A stretch of DNA of 64,000 bases from a virus, in the IMG/VR virus record IMGVR_UViG_3300032282_002699, positions 26,323-90,322 of that record; one strand, 5' to 3'. Shown here in pieces: positions 19,456 to 29,459 of the stretch; positions within the stretch are counted from its first letter, which is position 1; every line of letters begins with the position of its first letter. The notes under the pieces were generated by a model. The model worked only from the letters and a program-made list of their open reading frames with translations, was not told where the DNA came from and searched no databases. A program made the translations under genes and the position numbers.

Positions 19456-19814
19456 GTACGCCCAGAATAAGGGGTTTGACCTACCCGCTTACCGTAATAA
19501 ATGGGAACTTAGGGGTCAGCACGGACTACAACCTTAAAACTCAGCAGATTCGTAGTGTTGTTGAGACAAGGTTCTATGAGAGGGTGATGCGGGCTGACTA
19601 TGGAGTGAGCGACCATACCCTAGACATTATAGATCCGGGCCTTATCAACTCAGAGATGCAAACGGCAATCCTGGAGTATGTGGACGGGCTATCGGCACTT
19701 ACGGTAACCGGGGACTGGCAAACCTCTGGAGAAGACGGTCTTTACAGGGTTTTCATAACTTACTCTGTTGACGGGAAGCCTCAACCTCCTGTGCAGTTTT
19801 CATTAAGCAGGTGA
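19452..19814 (+). CDS. Baseplate wedge protein (gp25/GPW-like)
   Basis: GLTYPL...IRSVVETRFYERVMRADYG. Confidence 0.8.
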   Translation: MSTPRIRGLTYPLTVINGNLGVSTDYNLKTQQIRSVVETRFYERVMRADYGVSDHTLDIIDPGLINSEMQTAILEYVDGLSALTVTGDWQTSGEDGLYRVFITYSVDGKPQPPVQFSLSR

Positions 19815-19818
19815 TTAC

Positions 19819-20643
19819 ATGTTTACATACTTTGCTATAAATCTATCCAGTAAGAAGTTTCAAGTTGGAAGCACCTCCGATTTTCCTCGGAGATTTAAGG
19901 AACATTTGTGCTCTGACATGAACCCAGAGTTTAATAGGTCTTTGCGTAAGAACCCTGAGAACTTTTTCTGGCTAGTCAGTGAGGATGACGGTCTAGATGA
20001 TAGGAGTGAGGAACAGTTTTATCTGGACTTTTACTACGGCACTGAGTGGTGTTATAACGCTAATCCAAATGCTCTAGAGCCCCCTTCCCAAGTAGGGACG
20101 AAATGGTGGACAGATGGGGTGACTAATACGATCTCTATGGATTGTCCGGGTGATGGGTGGAGACCGGGAAGGGTTGTAACAAGGGATCATGCCAGAAAGA
20201 TGAGTGAATCAGGGTCTGGTAGTGTATGGTGGAACAATGGAGTAGAGGAGACTAGGGCTAAGGAGTGTCCTGGCGAGGGTTGGGTATCCGGGAGGGTTTA
20301 TAGCGCAGAGGGTAAAGTGGCTTGGACTGATGGTGTTAATAATACCTATAACATTGAGCCACCTGGACCGGAATGGTACAGGGGGATTACTTTGTCGGAA
20401 GAGCAAAGGCGCAGAAGAGGAGATGCTAACAGGGGTAAAAAGTATGGGAAGAGGGATCCTTCTATTGGAAGAAAGATTTCTGAAAGTAAGAGAGGGAGGA
20501 AGTTTAGTGAATCCCATAAAAATGCGCTTTCAGAGGCTAGGTCGGATATTCCTACTCTTACTTGTGAAATCTGCGGCAAGGTAATTAGGGGAGGGAAGGG
20601 TAACTTGAGGCAACACTTGCATAAGCATCAGAGGGAGGGTTAA
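19819..20643 (+). mobile_element. Free-standing GIY-YIG homing endonuclease
   Basis: FTY...FQVGST..F.RR.KEH, EQFYLD..YN; WWTDG/WWNNG repeats; NUMOD3-like SESHKNALSE; C-terminal C2H2-like finger. Confidence 0.75.
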
Positions 20644-22679
20644 TGGCTCAAAGATTTAAGACACCGCCTGTCCCCACTGGGGAGGTAAGTTCATACATAA
20701 GTGATCCTTATAATTTGAGCGCCATCTATATGATGGGATCGAGTTCTCCCTTCACAGGAGCGGGGAACACGATCGTTCGTCCCAGTGACGACCTCCTCAT
20801 CTCAAAGGGAGGCAACAGGGCTCTATCCGTCTATCAACGCCTCCTATTCGATGAACACGTCCAATCCTCCTTTGCCAAGCTAGTCCAGGAGGTTACAGCT
20901 AGGCCCTGGTACGTTGAGGAGTATAGCCAGAAACCGGGGGATTTGGCCGTCCGTGACTACGTGGCTGAGGTTCTAGAGGAGCTGGCGATAGATGAGCTTT
21001 ACAAGGGGATGTGTGAAGCCCTGATTGTTGGCTATTCTGTTGGAGAAGTCATGTGGAAGAAGACGAAGAGGGGGGTTATCCCGTTCGACATTCGCATGAG
21101 AGATCAGCGTAGATTCGTCTTCCAGGAGAATGAGGATGCCCAGACTGGCTTCACCATGAGGTGTCTAACCTTCAACCGAATGTTTGAAGGTATTGAGCTA
21201 CCTGCTAGGAAGTTCATCGTGAATAGGCACTGGGCCTTCCACAATGGAGACCCCTATGGTTCTGGCTTAGGCAGGGTCCTGTACCCCTTAGTAAAGTTCA
21301 GGCGCAGGGCGATTGAGTCCTATGTCCTCTACGGGGACAGATTCGCAACCCCCACCGTCGTAGCAACCTCCCCTTTGAGTGCATCAACGGCAGAAATCGA
21401 CACTATTTACAATCACATATCTAACCTGTCTCAGGAGACGGCCCTTGTCCTCCCTGAGGGATTCAAGCTAGATTTTATTAACCCCTCCGGCAATCCAGAT
21501 GTCTTCAAAAGCCTTGTTGACTACATTGACAAGGAGATTAGTTTGCTCATTTGCGGTGAGAACGAAGCGGGTCAAGCTGAATCAGGTTCTAGGGCCTCCT
21601 CTCAAGTTGCCAACGTAGTTAGAGTTGTTAAAGCTGCGGAGATATCTGAAATTGTTTCCCAAGTCTTAACAAGAACCCTGATCCGGTGGATCGTTGACCT
21701 CAACTTTGGGGTTGATGTTGCCAGTCCTACGATAAAGAGAGAGTTTAGAATAGAGGAGTCTAGTCTAACTGTGGCCGACGTATCAATGCTAATGCAATCT
21801 GGATTTAAGCCTAAGAAGGAATGGGTGGAAAGGCACTTTAGGGTTGACCTTGAGGAGGAGCCCCCCTCTTATACCCCTGGCGGGAAGCAAGACGACGACT
21901 CCCCTGTCAAGTACGACGCTGAGAAGGATAAGGATCTTTATGAGTCTATCTTTGGTCCTGAGGAACCTGTGGCGGAAACACCTGAAGCTACCGCAGAAAC
22001 TCCGGCTGAGGCCCCGGTTGAGGAGACACCTGAAACTCCTGTTGAGGCAGCTCCTGAAGCTACCGCAGAAACTCCGGCTGAGGAAACTCCCGAGACTGCC
22101 CCTGAAGAAGTACCAACTGAAGAAGCCGCACCTGTAGCTACCCCGGAGGAAACACCTTCACTAGAACCTGAGGTTCCTGCTGAGGAAACACCTGAGACCA
22201 CACCTGAAGCTACCACGGAGGAAACACCTTCACCAGAACCTGAGGTTCCTGCTGAGGAAACCCCCGATGAAAACTTACTGGCTGAAGCAGAAAACTTAAC
22301 AGGAGAGGAGCCTAATACCCCGGCCGAGGAGACTCCAGAAGCCACTACAGAGGGGGCCCCATCTAGTAAAAACGAAGACCTTCTAAGAGAAGCTAATACA
22401 ATGTTAGATGAACTTCCCCCGGAGGAAACACCTGAGACTACCCCGGAAGCTACCACTGAGGAGACTCCGCCAGAGAGTGATGAGGATCTGTTGAATGAAG
22501 CTAGCTCAATGCTGGAGGAGGAGACTCCAAAAGGTAAGTCTAAGGCTGAACCCGCAAGTAAAAAACCCAAGAAAAAAGGTAAGAAAAAGGCTAAAACTCC
22601 GGCCCCGGTTGAGGAAGAGCCGAGAAGATCCATACCAACAGATGCAGAAATAGACGATCTGATCAACTCTGTACCCTAA
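20643..22679 (+). CDS. Portal protein (Mu gp29/DUF935-like) with long acidic Pro/Glu/Thr tail
   Basis: DEHVQS, GYSVGEVMW, DPYGSGLGRVLYP, RFATP, EIS..ICG, GSRA, LIRWIVDLNFG. Confidence 0.85.
   Translation: MAQRFKTPPVPTGEVSSYISDPYNLSAIYMMGSSSPFTGAGNTIVRPSDDLLISKGGNRALSVYQRLLFDEHVQSSFAKLVQEVTARPWYVEEYSQKPGDLAVRDYVAEVLEELAIDELYKGMCEALIVGYSVGEVMWKKTKRGVIPFDIRMRDQRRFVFQENEDAQTGFTMRCLTFNRMFEGIELPARKFIVNRHWAFHNGDPYGSGLGRVLYPLVKFRRRAIESYVLYGDRFATPTVVATSPLSASTAEIDTIYNHISNLSQETALVLPEGFKLDFINPSGNPDVFKSLVDYIDKEISLLICGENEAGQAESGSRASSQVANVVRVVKAAEISEIVSQVLTRTLIRWIVDLNFGVDVASPTIKREFRIEESSLTVADVSMLMQSGFKPKKEWVERHFRVDLEEEPPSYTPGGKQDDDSPVKYDAEKDKDLYESIFGPEEPVAETPEATAETPAEAPVEETPETPVEAAPEATAETPAEETPETAPEEVPTEEAAPVATPEETPSLEPEVPAEETPETTPEATTEETPSPEPEVPAEETPDENLLAEAENLTGEEPNTPAEETPEATTEGAPSSKNEDLLREANTMLDELPPEETPETTPEATTEETPPESDEDLLNEASSMLEEETPKGKSKAEPASKKPKKKGKKKAKTPAPVEEEPRRSIPTDAEIDDLINSVP
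21960..22530 (+). repeat. Low-complexity PEETPEAT repeats in the portal C-terminus
   Basis: Nucleotide-level duplications, e.g. CCTGAAGCTACCGCAGAAACTCCGGCTGAGG at 21981 and 22052. Confidence 0.8.
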
Positions 22680-22723
22680 GTTCCCATTAGGGTAAAAACA
22701 AGTTACTGTCACCTAATCGAAAA

Positions 22724-25700
22724 GTGTTTACGAAACGTCTCCACGTATTTAAGGCTGGGCCTCAGGTTTCAGCACAAGGGGTTGAAAGAGAGTTTTCTCC
22801 CAAAGACTTGCAAGAAGTTGTAGAATCCTATGACCCCAAAACCCACGAAGCGCCCCTTGTTATTGGGCATTCTGGGGATAACGATAGCGCCCCTTCATAC
22901 GGATGGATTGAGAAGTTCGTCCGAAAGGGTGATAACCTGTATGCTGATGTTAACTTTACAGACACAGCTAAGGATCTCGTCAAAGATGGGCATTATAGAA
23001 AGGTATCCATATCCTTCTACTCCCCGTCCTCTCCTATCAACCCCCATAAAGGTCAATGGAGTGCTAGGCACCTCGCCCTACTGGGTGCATCTCCACCGGC
23101 TGTAAAAGGATTGGAACCATTCTCATTCTCTGAGAAACAAGGTGTGTTTGACTTTGCTACAGCTTTGTCTCCAGATACCATTTTTGATAAAGAACTAGGC
23201 CCTACCATGATTATAGAAAAAAGCCCACTAGAACTCCTTAAGGATCGCCTCGAAGAAATCAGAGGCCAAATCAATGACTCTCTGGAAGAGTTAAAGGCAA
23301 ACCAAGAGCAACAAGCGGAAAGCAACGTGGCCCCCGAAGAAAACATGGCTCCAGAGGGTGATAACGCATCCCCTCAATCTCCTGAAGCTAGCTTTGCTGA
23401 GGGTAAGAAGAAAAAGATGGGTCTTGAAGGGACGGAAACGTCTGAAGCGTCACAGAAACTAGCGAACATGGAAACTATGGCTCCGGATGATAGGTATGAT
23501 GAAGGGGTGACCAGGAAGACCGCCAAAGGCGCTAATGGTCAAGAAGTGCAGGTTGTTGAGGAGGTTTTTGAGGAAGGTGTTGATCGGAAAGTATCTAAAG
23601 GTGCTCACGGTCATGAGGTCCAAGTGGTTGAGGAAGTCTTTGAGGAGTCTCCTAAGAAGAAGGCTAAGAAGGTCCCGATGGAGATGGATGTAGAGGAGGA
23701 GGAGTTTAAGGAGAAGCATGGGAAAAAGGCTAAGGCCATGCCCATGGAAATGGATGATGAAGAAATGGAAGAGGAGGAGTTTAAGGAGAAAGGGTGTGGT
23801 AAAAAGACCAAAGCCATGGAAATGGGTGAGGATAAAATGGACGCCCTGTATAAGGAGAAGAGTGGGAAGAAGGCTGTGCCCATGGAAATGGATAGTGAGG
23901 AGGAAGAGGATCAGGAAGAGTTCGGTGAAGGTGTTGGCGATAAGTCCGCAAAAGGCGGCAAAGTCGCATTTGGACACCATGCCGAAAAGACCGCTGATGT
24001 AGCAGGTAGGGGTTTAACCGGAAGGTCTAAGTCCGATAGCTATGGTGACCGTCAATCTGTCGGTAAGGGGGGAGGCGACGGTAGGGACATGACCTCCGAT
24101 GACAAAGGTTCCCAAGACAAGGATAGGGAAGCCACCACTAAGAACTCCGCTCAGAAGGAGAGCAGGGAGAAGCTCGCTAAGGCTAACGCTGCTGGTGATG
24201 CCGGTGATGCTGAGTCTCGTTGGGCCGATCAACCTGAGGCTAAGAAGTTGGCCATGAATGCTGACCAGTATGACGAGAAGGGTGGTGACTATGAGGATAG
24301 GCAGAAGCCCGGTATTTCAGATGGCGATGAGCCACATGGTAGGGATGGTGGTCCAACCAAGGTATCTTCCGTAATGGAAGAGGAACCCTCCAATGAGGAA
24401 TTTGCTGTCGATGTGAAGAACTCTAAGGATAGCGACAAGGTTAGGGTCATTCACCAAACATCTAGCGGTAAGAGAGCTGCTGTCAAAGGCGGTGAGATTC
24501 CTACCGATGCCAAGGAAGCTGAGTATGTTGAAGGTGTGAGCCACAAGACTACAAAAGATGGCAAAGTGTCATTTGGCTACCATGGTGAGAAGGGTGAAGA
24601 TCCTACGGGTAGGGGTGAAGTTGCTAAGGCCGGAGAAGATGATTCCCGTGATTCCAAGGGGGCTGCCCCTGAGGAGGACCGTGAAGGCGTCATTGCCAAC
24701 GATGACCAGGACATGGATCGTGTCAAGACTGCTAGCGATGCTGAGCAGGATGATGATAGGGTTAAGGAAGCCAAGGCAGGTGAAGATGCCGGTGATGCTG
24801 AGTCCCGCTGGGAGGGTCAACCCGAGGCTAAGGAACATGCCATGAACAACGATCAGTTTGACGACTCTCACGACGCAGGCATTTCCGATGGCAATGAGCC
24901 CCATGGTAGAGACGGTGGCCCCACCAAAGTCTCCAACATCATGGAAGAAGAGCCTTCTAACGAAGAGATTGCTGTTCCCCTTCACAATGTTAAGGAAGAT
25001 GACTCTGTCCGGGTCATGTATCAGAAGGCTGGTGAGAAGAGGGCCCCTGTCAAGGGAGGTGCTATTGATCACGCTGAAGGTGAGGCTGATGGCCTGACCA
25101 GAGAGCCTAAGGCTGCCAAGGTTTCCGGTAAGAAGGATGCTCATGGCAGAAGCGGCGGTCCTACCGAGTTCCCCGACAAGTCTGAAGAAGATCCCGATAA
25201 CCTGGAAATGGCTGTGGATCTGCCGAACGCAACCCAGGACAAGAAGGTTAGGATTGTTCGCCAGAAGTCCGGTGATGCCCCCACCCTTGACCATAAGGAA
25301 AAGGCAAAAACCCCAATGACCAAAACTGGCAAGGGTTCTACTTACGGTCAGAAGACCCCTGTCCTTGTAGAGGAAGAGGAAGAAGTGGAAATGGAGGAGT
25401 ATTGTGGTATGGGTTCCATGGGCCAAGCTAAGGCCATGGGTTACCCGACTGCAATGTTTGAGGAGCTGGAGGCCCTTAAGCAGGAGAACAACCGCCTTAA
25501 GAAGGAGTATGAGGAGCAGAAGGTCAAGGCTCGCAAGAACAAAATCGCTGAGTTTGTCGAAGGTCTTTATGTCTCTGGCAAACTAACCGATGGTGTCATC
25601 CCACAAAGGGAACTCCAGAACTACTGCGAAGGTCTTGAGTTTGGAACTCTTGAGTTCTCCGAAGGTGAGTCCCCCGTCTCCACCCTATTCGCTTTGCTGG

Positions 25701-25876
25701 AGAGACTCCCCAACATGGTGTACTTCGGTGAAGTTGTCTCCAATGCGCAGTATCAGGATCCTGCCGACGATGACCTTGATCCCCACGAAAGGGCCATGAA
25801 GATGGTTGCTAATGGGGAAGCTTCTGACTATGTTGAGGCTATCAAGATGTGCATTCCCTGGGGAACCAGAGGGTGA
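22724..25876 (+). CDS. Mu-like prohead protease fused to a very long repeated scaffold
   Basis: APLVIGH, APSYGW, YRKVSISFY, HLALLGASPPAVKGL; C-terminal coiled coil and IAEFVEGL...GKL scaffold; internal duplications. Confidence 0.85.
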   Translation: MFTKRLHVFKAGPQVSAQGVEREFSPKDLQEVVESYDPKTHEAPLVIGHSGDNDSAPSYGWIEKFVRKGDNLYADVNFTDTAKDLVKDGHYRKVSISFYSPSSPINPHKGQWSARHLALLGASPPAVKGLEPFSFSEKQGVFDFATALSPDTIFDKELGPTMIIEKSPLELLKDRLEEIRGQINDSLEELKANQEQQAESNVAPEENMAPEGDNASPQSPEASFAEGKKKKMGLEGTETSEASQKLANMETMAPDDRYDEGVTRKTAKGANGQEVQVVEEVFEEGVDRKVSKGAHGHEVQVVEEVFEESPKKKAKKVPMEMDVEEEEFKEKHGKKAKAMPMEMDDEEMEEEEFKEKGCGKKTKAMEMGEDKMDALYKEKSGKKAVPMEMDSEEEEDQEEFGEGVGDKSAKGGKVAFGHHAEKTADVAGRGLTGRSKSDSYGDRQSVGKGGGDGRDMTSDDKGSQDKDREATTKNSAQKESREKLAKANAAGDAGDAESRWADQPEAKKLAMNADQYDEKGGDYEDRQKPGISDGDEPHGRDGGPTKVSSVMEEEPSNEEFAVDVKNSKDSDKVRVIHQTSSGKRAAVKGGEIPTDAKEAEYVEGVSHKTTKDGKVSFGYHGEKGEDPTGRGEVAKAGEDDSRDSKGAAPEEDREGVIANDDQDMDRVKTASDAEQDDDRVKEAKAGEDAGDAESRWEGQPEAKEHAMNNDQFDDSHDAGISDGNEPHGRDGGPTKVSNIMEEEPSNEEIAVPLHNVKEDDSVRVMYQKAGEKRAPVKGGAIDHAEGEADGLTREPKAAKVSGKKDAHGRSGGPTEFPDKSEEDPDNLEMAVDLPNATQDKKVRIVRQKSGDAPTLDHKEKAKTPMTKTGKGSTYGQKTPVLVEEEEEVEMEEYCGMGSMGQAKAMGYPTAMFEELEALKQENNRLKKEYEEQKVKARKNKIAEFVEGLYVSGKLTDGVIPQRELQNYCEGLEFGTLEFSEGESPVSTLFALLERLPNMVYFGEVVSNAQYQDPADDDLDPHERAMKMVANGEASDYVEAIKMCIPWGTRG

Positions 25877-25896
25877 TACTTTACTAAGATGACACT

Positions 25897-26676
25897 GTGC
25901 AACTATCTTTCATAGAGTCAACGGATCTCCTTTCCATGGTGGGGCAATCCACTAAACGGAAGGGAGATTTTCTCTCTCAGGCAGAAAACTTGGCCAAGTT
26001 GGTTAAAACTCCCGAGAAGTTGGAGCGTAAGATGTTAGTGGAGTCCCGAATCCTTGTAAAGGCTCTTCGGGACAAACAGATTAAGTGGGATGAGTATTCT
26101 CGTTCCCTGATTCAGAATACTTTGGTTTCGGCCCTCTGTGCCGTTTACCTTGGCAGCAAGGATAATAACCCTAAGAAAAAGATGGAGGCTGCTTGGCCCA
26201 TCATCATAGGGGACATGCTTCCCCCTCTTGTAAAGTTCTTAGCAGAGACTAAATACCGGATTGACACCGGGAAGCTGCTGCTGGGGGACACTACGGTGGA
26301 CTTTGCAGATCCTGTGGAGTCTGAGGATTATGACCCTGGTGAAGAAGGTGAGGGGTGGGATGAGATAGAGTGGGATGATGACGGGTCTGATGCTAACGAA
26401 AAGGAGAAGAAGGGTAAGACTTGGTTCGGTCTTTACGGCAGGGTAAATAGATACATGGTTACCCCTGTGTATTCCTATATTGCCCTAGCATCTTTCCTTA
26501 TTAGGCAAGAGCAGGGATACAAGGAAATGAGAAGGGTAGCTGTGAAGGATAAGAAGACTTGTGATGATTGTAAAAACTTTGCCTCTTTGGGCTGGCAACC
26601 TATCGGGTATCTGCCTATGCCAGGGAGGAAGTGTACTTGTTATGACAGGTGTAGGTGTAAGATAGAGTATCGTTGA
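25897..26676 (+). CDS. Head morphogenesis protein (Mu gpF-like)
   Basis: C-terminal DKKTCDDC...GWQPIG.LP.PG..C.CYDRCRC. Confidence 0.65.
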   Translation: MQLSFIESTDLLSMVGQSTKRKGDFLSQAENLAKLVKTPEKLERKMLVESRILVKALRDKQIKWDEYSRSLIQNTLVSALCAVYLGSKDNNPKKKMEAAWPIIIGDMLPPLVKFLAETKYRIDTGKLLLGDTTVDFADPVESEDYDPGEEGEGWDEIEWDDDGSDANEKEKKGKTWFGLYGRVNRYMVTPVYSYIALASFLIRQEQGYKEMRRVAVKDKKTCDDCKNFASLGWQPIGYLPMPGRKCTCYDRCRCKIEYR

Positions 26677-26704
26677 CCAAATAGTAAAACAACCCTGTAG
26701 AAAA

Positions 26705-27265
26705 ATGGCAATTTTATCAGCTTTATGGAAGAGCCAGTTTGAGGTATCCCTGGAAAGCACTGACGGGGAACTCAACTACCCATCCTCCTTCATTACCACA
26801 ACTGGCTTTGATATCGGGATCAAGGAAAACTACTCTGTTTTCAATCCTATCGAAATCGCAACTTGCTATGACCACGAATACTTCGAGGATCTGATTGGCT
26901 ATGTTTTAGACCTGTCCTCAAGCAGAGTCCTGGACAGCCCGTTCAAGGAGAAAAGGTTTGACCTTAAGGTTCTCACGAAGAACTGTACAGGGAGCAGGAA
27001 CTTCGGATTTTCGTATTGCGCCCATGACTGTTACTTGACCGGTGCGAGATTCCTAGATGTTGATCGTTGCTTCTATGATGACGAGGATACTAAGAAGACA
27101 GAGGGCCATGAGACAGGGGGTAATAGAGTAGCAAAACTGTCATTGACCCTTGTACCTCGCTACATCAGCCGTTTCATCCCTGAGGGGGACGTAGGGGAAG
27201 ACAAGGAGGAAGAGTTGGGTAAAGATAGTGTATCTCAACTAGGTGAAAAACTAGTCCTAGAGTAA
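26705..27265 (+). CDS. possible tail tube-like protein
   Basis: SQFEV..., DC..TG..F.DVDR...VAKLSLTL pattern resembles tube proteins; weak support. Confidence 0.35.
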   Translation: MAILSALWKSQFEVSLESTDGELNYPSSFITTTGFDIGIKENYSVFNPIEIATCYDHEYFEDLIGYVLDLSSSRVLDSPFKEKRFDLKVLTKNCTGSRNFGFSYCAHDCYLTGARFLDVDRCFYDDEDTKKTEGHETGGNRVAKLSLTLVPRYISRFIPEGDVGEDKEEELGKDSVSQLGEKLVLE

Positions 27266-27295
27266 TCAACAAAGAAAACCTTATCACAAAGAAAC

Positions 27296-27802
27296 ATGTC
27301 TCTGAATATCGCACCCGTTTACGGTCGTCAATACATTAGATACGCCTCTACCTGGGAAGCCGCTACTGATGCTGAAACAGGTTCTGACAACGCCGTTGCC
27401 GCAGGAACCGAAATCGGTATCGTAGAAATCCCTGAGTTTGCTGTAGTTGCCTATGCAACCTACGACACTGCCCCCGCAAATAAGGTCTGCCGCCCCGGCG
27501 ATCTTGCCACCTTTGAGGGTCCAGTCGTTGGCGTCAACCAAGGTTACATCCCTACCGCTCTGGCTCAGCCTTACACCGCTCGCCAAGCCTCCGTCGCCTC
27601 CAGCGGTTCACTCATCGTTGAAGTGGATCCCCTGAACGTTGCTGCCTTCACCCTCAATGCCCAACTATCCGTTGGTCTAACCGGTAAGGCTCTAACTGTT
27701 GCTGACGGTGGAGTCGAAGTGACTGTTGATGGTACCACCCCCCTCATCCGTGAGGTTGTGGACATCGGCGGTCGCCACATTCTGATCGTTTCCTTCAACT
27801 GA
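27296..27802 (+). CDS. Capsid decoration/cement protein
   Basis: Small Ala/Gly/Val-rich beta protein (VVGVNQ..ASVASSGSLIVEV) downstream of the protease; codon usage typical of highly expressed genes. Confidence 0.55.
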   Translation: MSLNIAPVYGRQYIRYASTWEAATDAETGSDNAVAAGTEIGIVEIPEFAVVAYATYDTAPANKVCRPGDLATFEGPVVGVNQGYIPTALAQPYTARQASVASSGSLIVEVDPLNVAAFTLNAQLSVGLTGKALTVADGGVEVTVDGTTPLIREVVDIGGRHILIVSFN

Positions 27803-27840
27803 TTAACCGGGGTTTTCACCCCTGTATCAAGTCGTTACCA

Positions 27841-27866
27841 AAGGCCCTTCGGGGCCTTTTTCTTTT
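27841..27866 (+). terminator. Rho-independent terminator ending the structural module
   Basis: AAGGCCC-TTCG-GGGCCTT followed by a T-run. Confidence 0.85.
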
Positions 27867-27879
27867 GCGCAGCAAAAGG

Positions 27880-27908
27880 TTGACAGGCCTCTACAGGAGA
27901 CCTACAAT
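27880..27908 (+). promoter_or_regulatory. sigma70-like early promoter
   Basis: TTGACA-N17-TACAAT. Confidence 0.75.
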
Positions 27909-27926
27909 AGATGGGAACGCCTTGGC

Positions 27927-28238
27927 ATGAGTATGGAAGTCGCAAACTGGGGCGTAGGCCCCCTATGCCACCTTTACACCTTCTACGATACTGAATGCAG
28001 GTTCGATAGGGTAAAGAGAAGGGTTAAGAGTGCCATTTGCGCAGGAAACGCTGTCAAGGGTTTTGAGTTTACCCGTGTGACCAGTGTTCCTGTTACCTAT
28101 GATAGGGCCGTCAAGTCTATCGAGACCAGCACCAGGGGCAAGTATCCGAACGCAGCCATTGTTCGCTATGACGGAGAACTGGTACATATGGTTTTGGCAG
28201 ACGGCTCAGTCGCTATCTACCCTGAAACCCTGGGCTAA
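27927..28238 (+). CDS. hypothetical protein
   Basis: ORF directly after the promoter. Confidence 0.6.
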   Translation: MSMEVANWGVGPLCHLYTFYDTECRFDRVKRRVKSAICAGNAVKGFEFTRVTSVPVTYDRAVKSIETSTRGKYPNAAIVRYDGELVHMVLADGSVAIYPETLG

Positions 28239-28248
28239 TCGAAAACTA

Positions 28249-28611
28249 ATGGAACTCATTCTCGTTAATCAGGTGGACCCTGAGACTACGTACCATTGTA
28301 TGTGGCGCAGCAGTAGCGGCATGTGGTCGATCGGAACATGGAAGGTGATGTTTGGTGTTCGGGCAGTCGCCTGGCGCAAAGGCTCTGCGGGTCCGTGTGT
28401 TGACTACTGCGCTGGCGATGACCCTGCCTTCCTGATTGAACTCCTAGCAACCTTGCGATCCATCTTCCTGCACCTCCCTGAGGGTATAAGCGAACGGGAT
28501 GTGGTAGAATTGTTGCCCGGATGGCAAACACGTCCTATTAGCCATGACCCCTGCTGGGGGGCCCTACAGCAACTTGCCCAATCACTCATTACAGGAGGTA
28601 GAGCAAAATGA
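28249..28611 (+). CDS. hypothetical protein
   Basis: Start chosen at ATG 28249, after the upstream stop. Confidence 0.55.
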   Translation: MELILVNQVDPETTYHCMWRSSSGMWSIGTWKVMFGVRAVAWRKGSAGPCVDYCAGDDPAFLIELLATLRSIFLHLPEGISERDVVELLPGWQTRPISHDPCWGALQQLAQSLITGGRAK

Positions 28612-28865
28612 AGTTCACCCTAACCACCACAAAGCTGACCTATACGCCTGAAGAGGCCGATGAGCTTAAACCCCTAGGGTTCTCCTTTCTGAGCTATAAC
28701 CCTATGTTACGGGAAGACCAGGAGGAGGTCTTGGCAATCGTGCAGACCAAGAACCCTTCCATAGAGTTGAACACCCTTGAGGAGCTGATGGAGTTCCGCA
28801 GGAAGTATGGGATGCTGATCCTTAGTGAAGGTCAGATAGAGCTTTATAATGGTTATCGTGAGTAA
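28608..28865 (+). CDS. hypothetical protein
   Basis: SD GGAGG; C-terminal IELYNGYRE. Confidence 0.6.
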   Translation: MKFTLTTTKLTYTPEEADELKPLGFSFLSYNPMLREDQEEVLAIVQTKNPSIELNTLEELMEFRRKYGMLILSEGQIELYNGYRE

Positions 28866-28870
28866 CTGCT

Positions 28871-29104
28871 ATGGTAATGAAGGAGTTTTTTCAAGAGATT
28901 AGGGTAGAGGAAAAAAGCCCCGAAGACTGGAGGTCATTCCTTACTTGGCACGACTATGAGGACAGAATGACTTATAGGCTCCGGGGTTATGGGGATACTC
29001 CTGGGAAGGCGGCCGATGACGCCTGGAGACGGTATCAAGAAGGGCTGAAGGAGGATTTTGAGTACACCGAGATAGACCGTGCTGTGCCGTTCCCTGCCGA
29101 CTGA
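28871..29104 (+). CDS. hypothetical protein
   Basis: ORF track. Confidence 0.55.
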   Translation: MVMKEFFQEIRVEEKSPEDWRSFLTWHDYEDRMTYRLRGYGDTPGKAADDAWRRYQEGLKEDFEYTEIDRAVPFPAD

Positions 29105-29122
29105 CTTTTTCGCAGAAAGGGG

Positions 29123-29151
29123 TTGACACTGTCCTGAGGGTGGTGTAGGCT
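29123..29151 (+). promoter_or_regulatory. sigma70-like promoter
   Basis: TTGACA-N17-TAGGCT. Confidence 0.55.
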
Positions 29152-29459
29152 GGGAATGTAAACGGAGTGAATCCCATGATCTATGTTACTTTTTGCTCTA
29201 GAAAGGGGGTGTCTGGCCACGTCAATGACGAGGTTTTCGCCGATGAGTTGAAGGCTCAGATGGAGCAATCAGAAGTTTACGGCATCCAGGCTGACGGTGA
29301 TGAGTTGGCAGTTTGCTGCGACATCCTCGGCCGCAGACTACCGAGCAAGCGGGTTTATACCTTCTTGGGGGATAACGCCAAAGAGATTGCTCAGAACTGG
29401 TGACACTCCTGGGGTGCCGTCAAAAGTGCTATAGTGCCAATACGCACCCCATAACCAGC

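Noticed and set aside
19819-20643. GIY-YIG gene as part of a group I intron
   Set aside because: The flanking gp25 and portal genes are complete, the ORF abuts both within 0-4 nt, and no intron core is visible, so it is treated as free-standing.
21938-25426. Long minus-strand ORFs (21938-22666, 23459-23980, 24569-25426)
   Set aside because: They are antisense shadows of low-complexity repeats in the portal and scaffold, with no independent coding signal.
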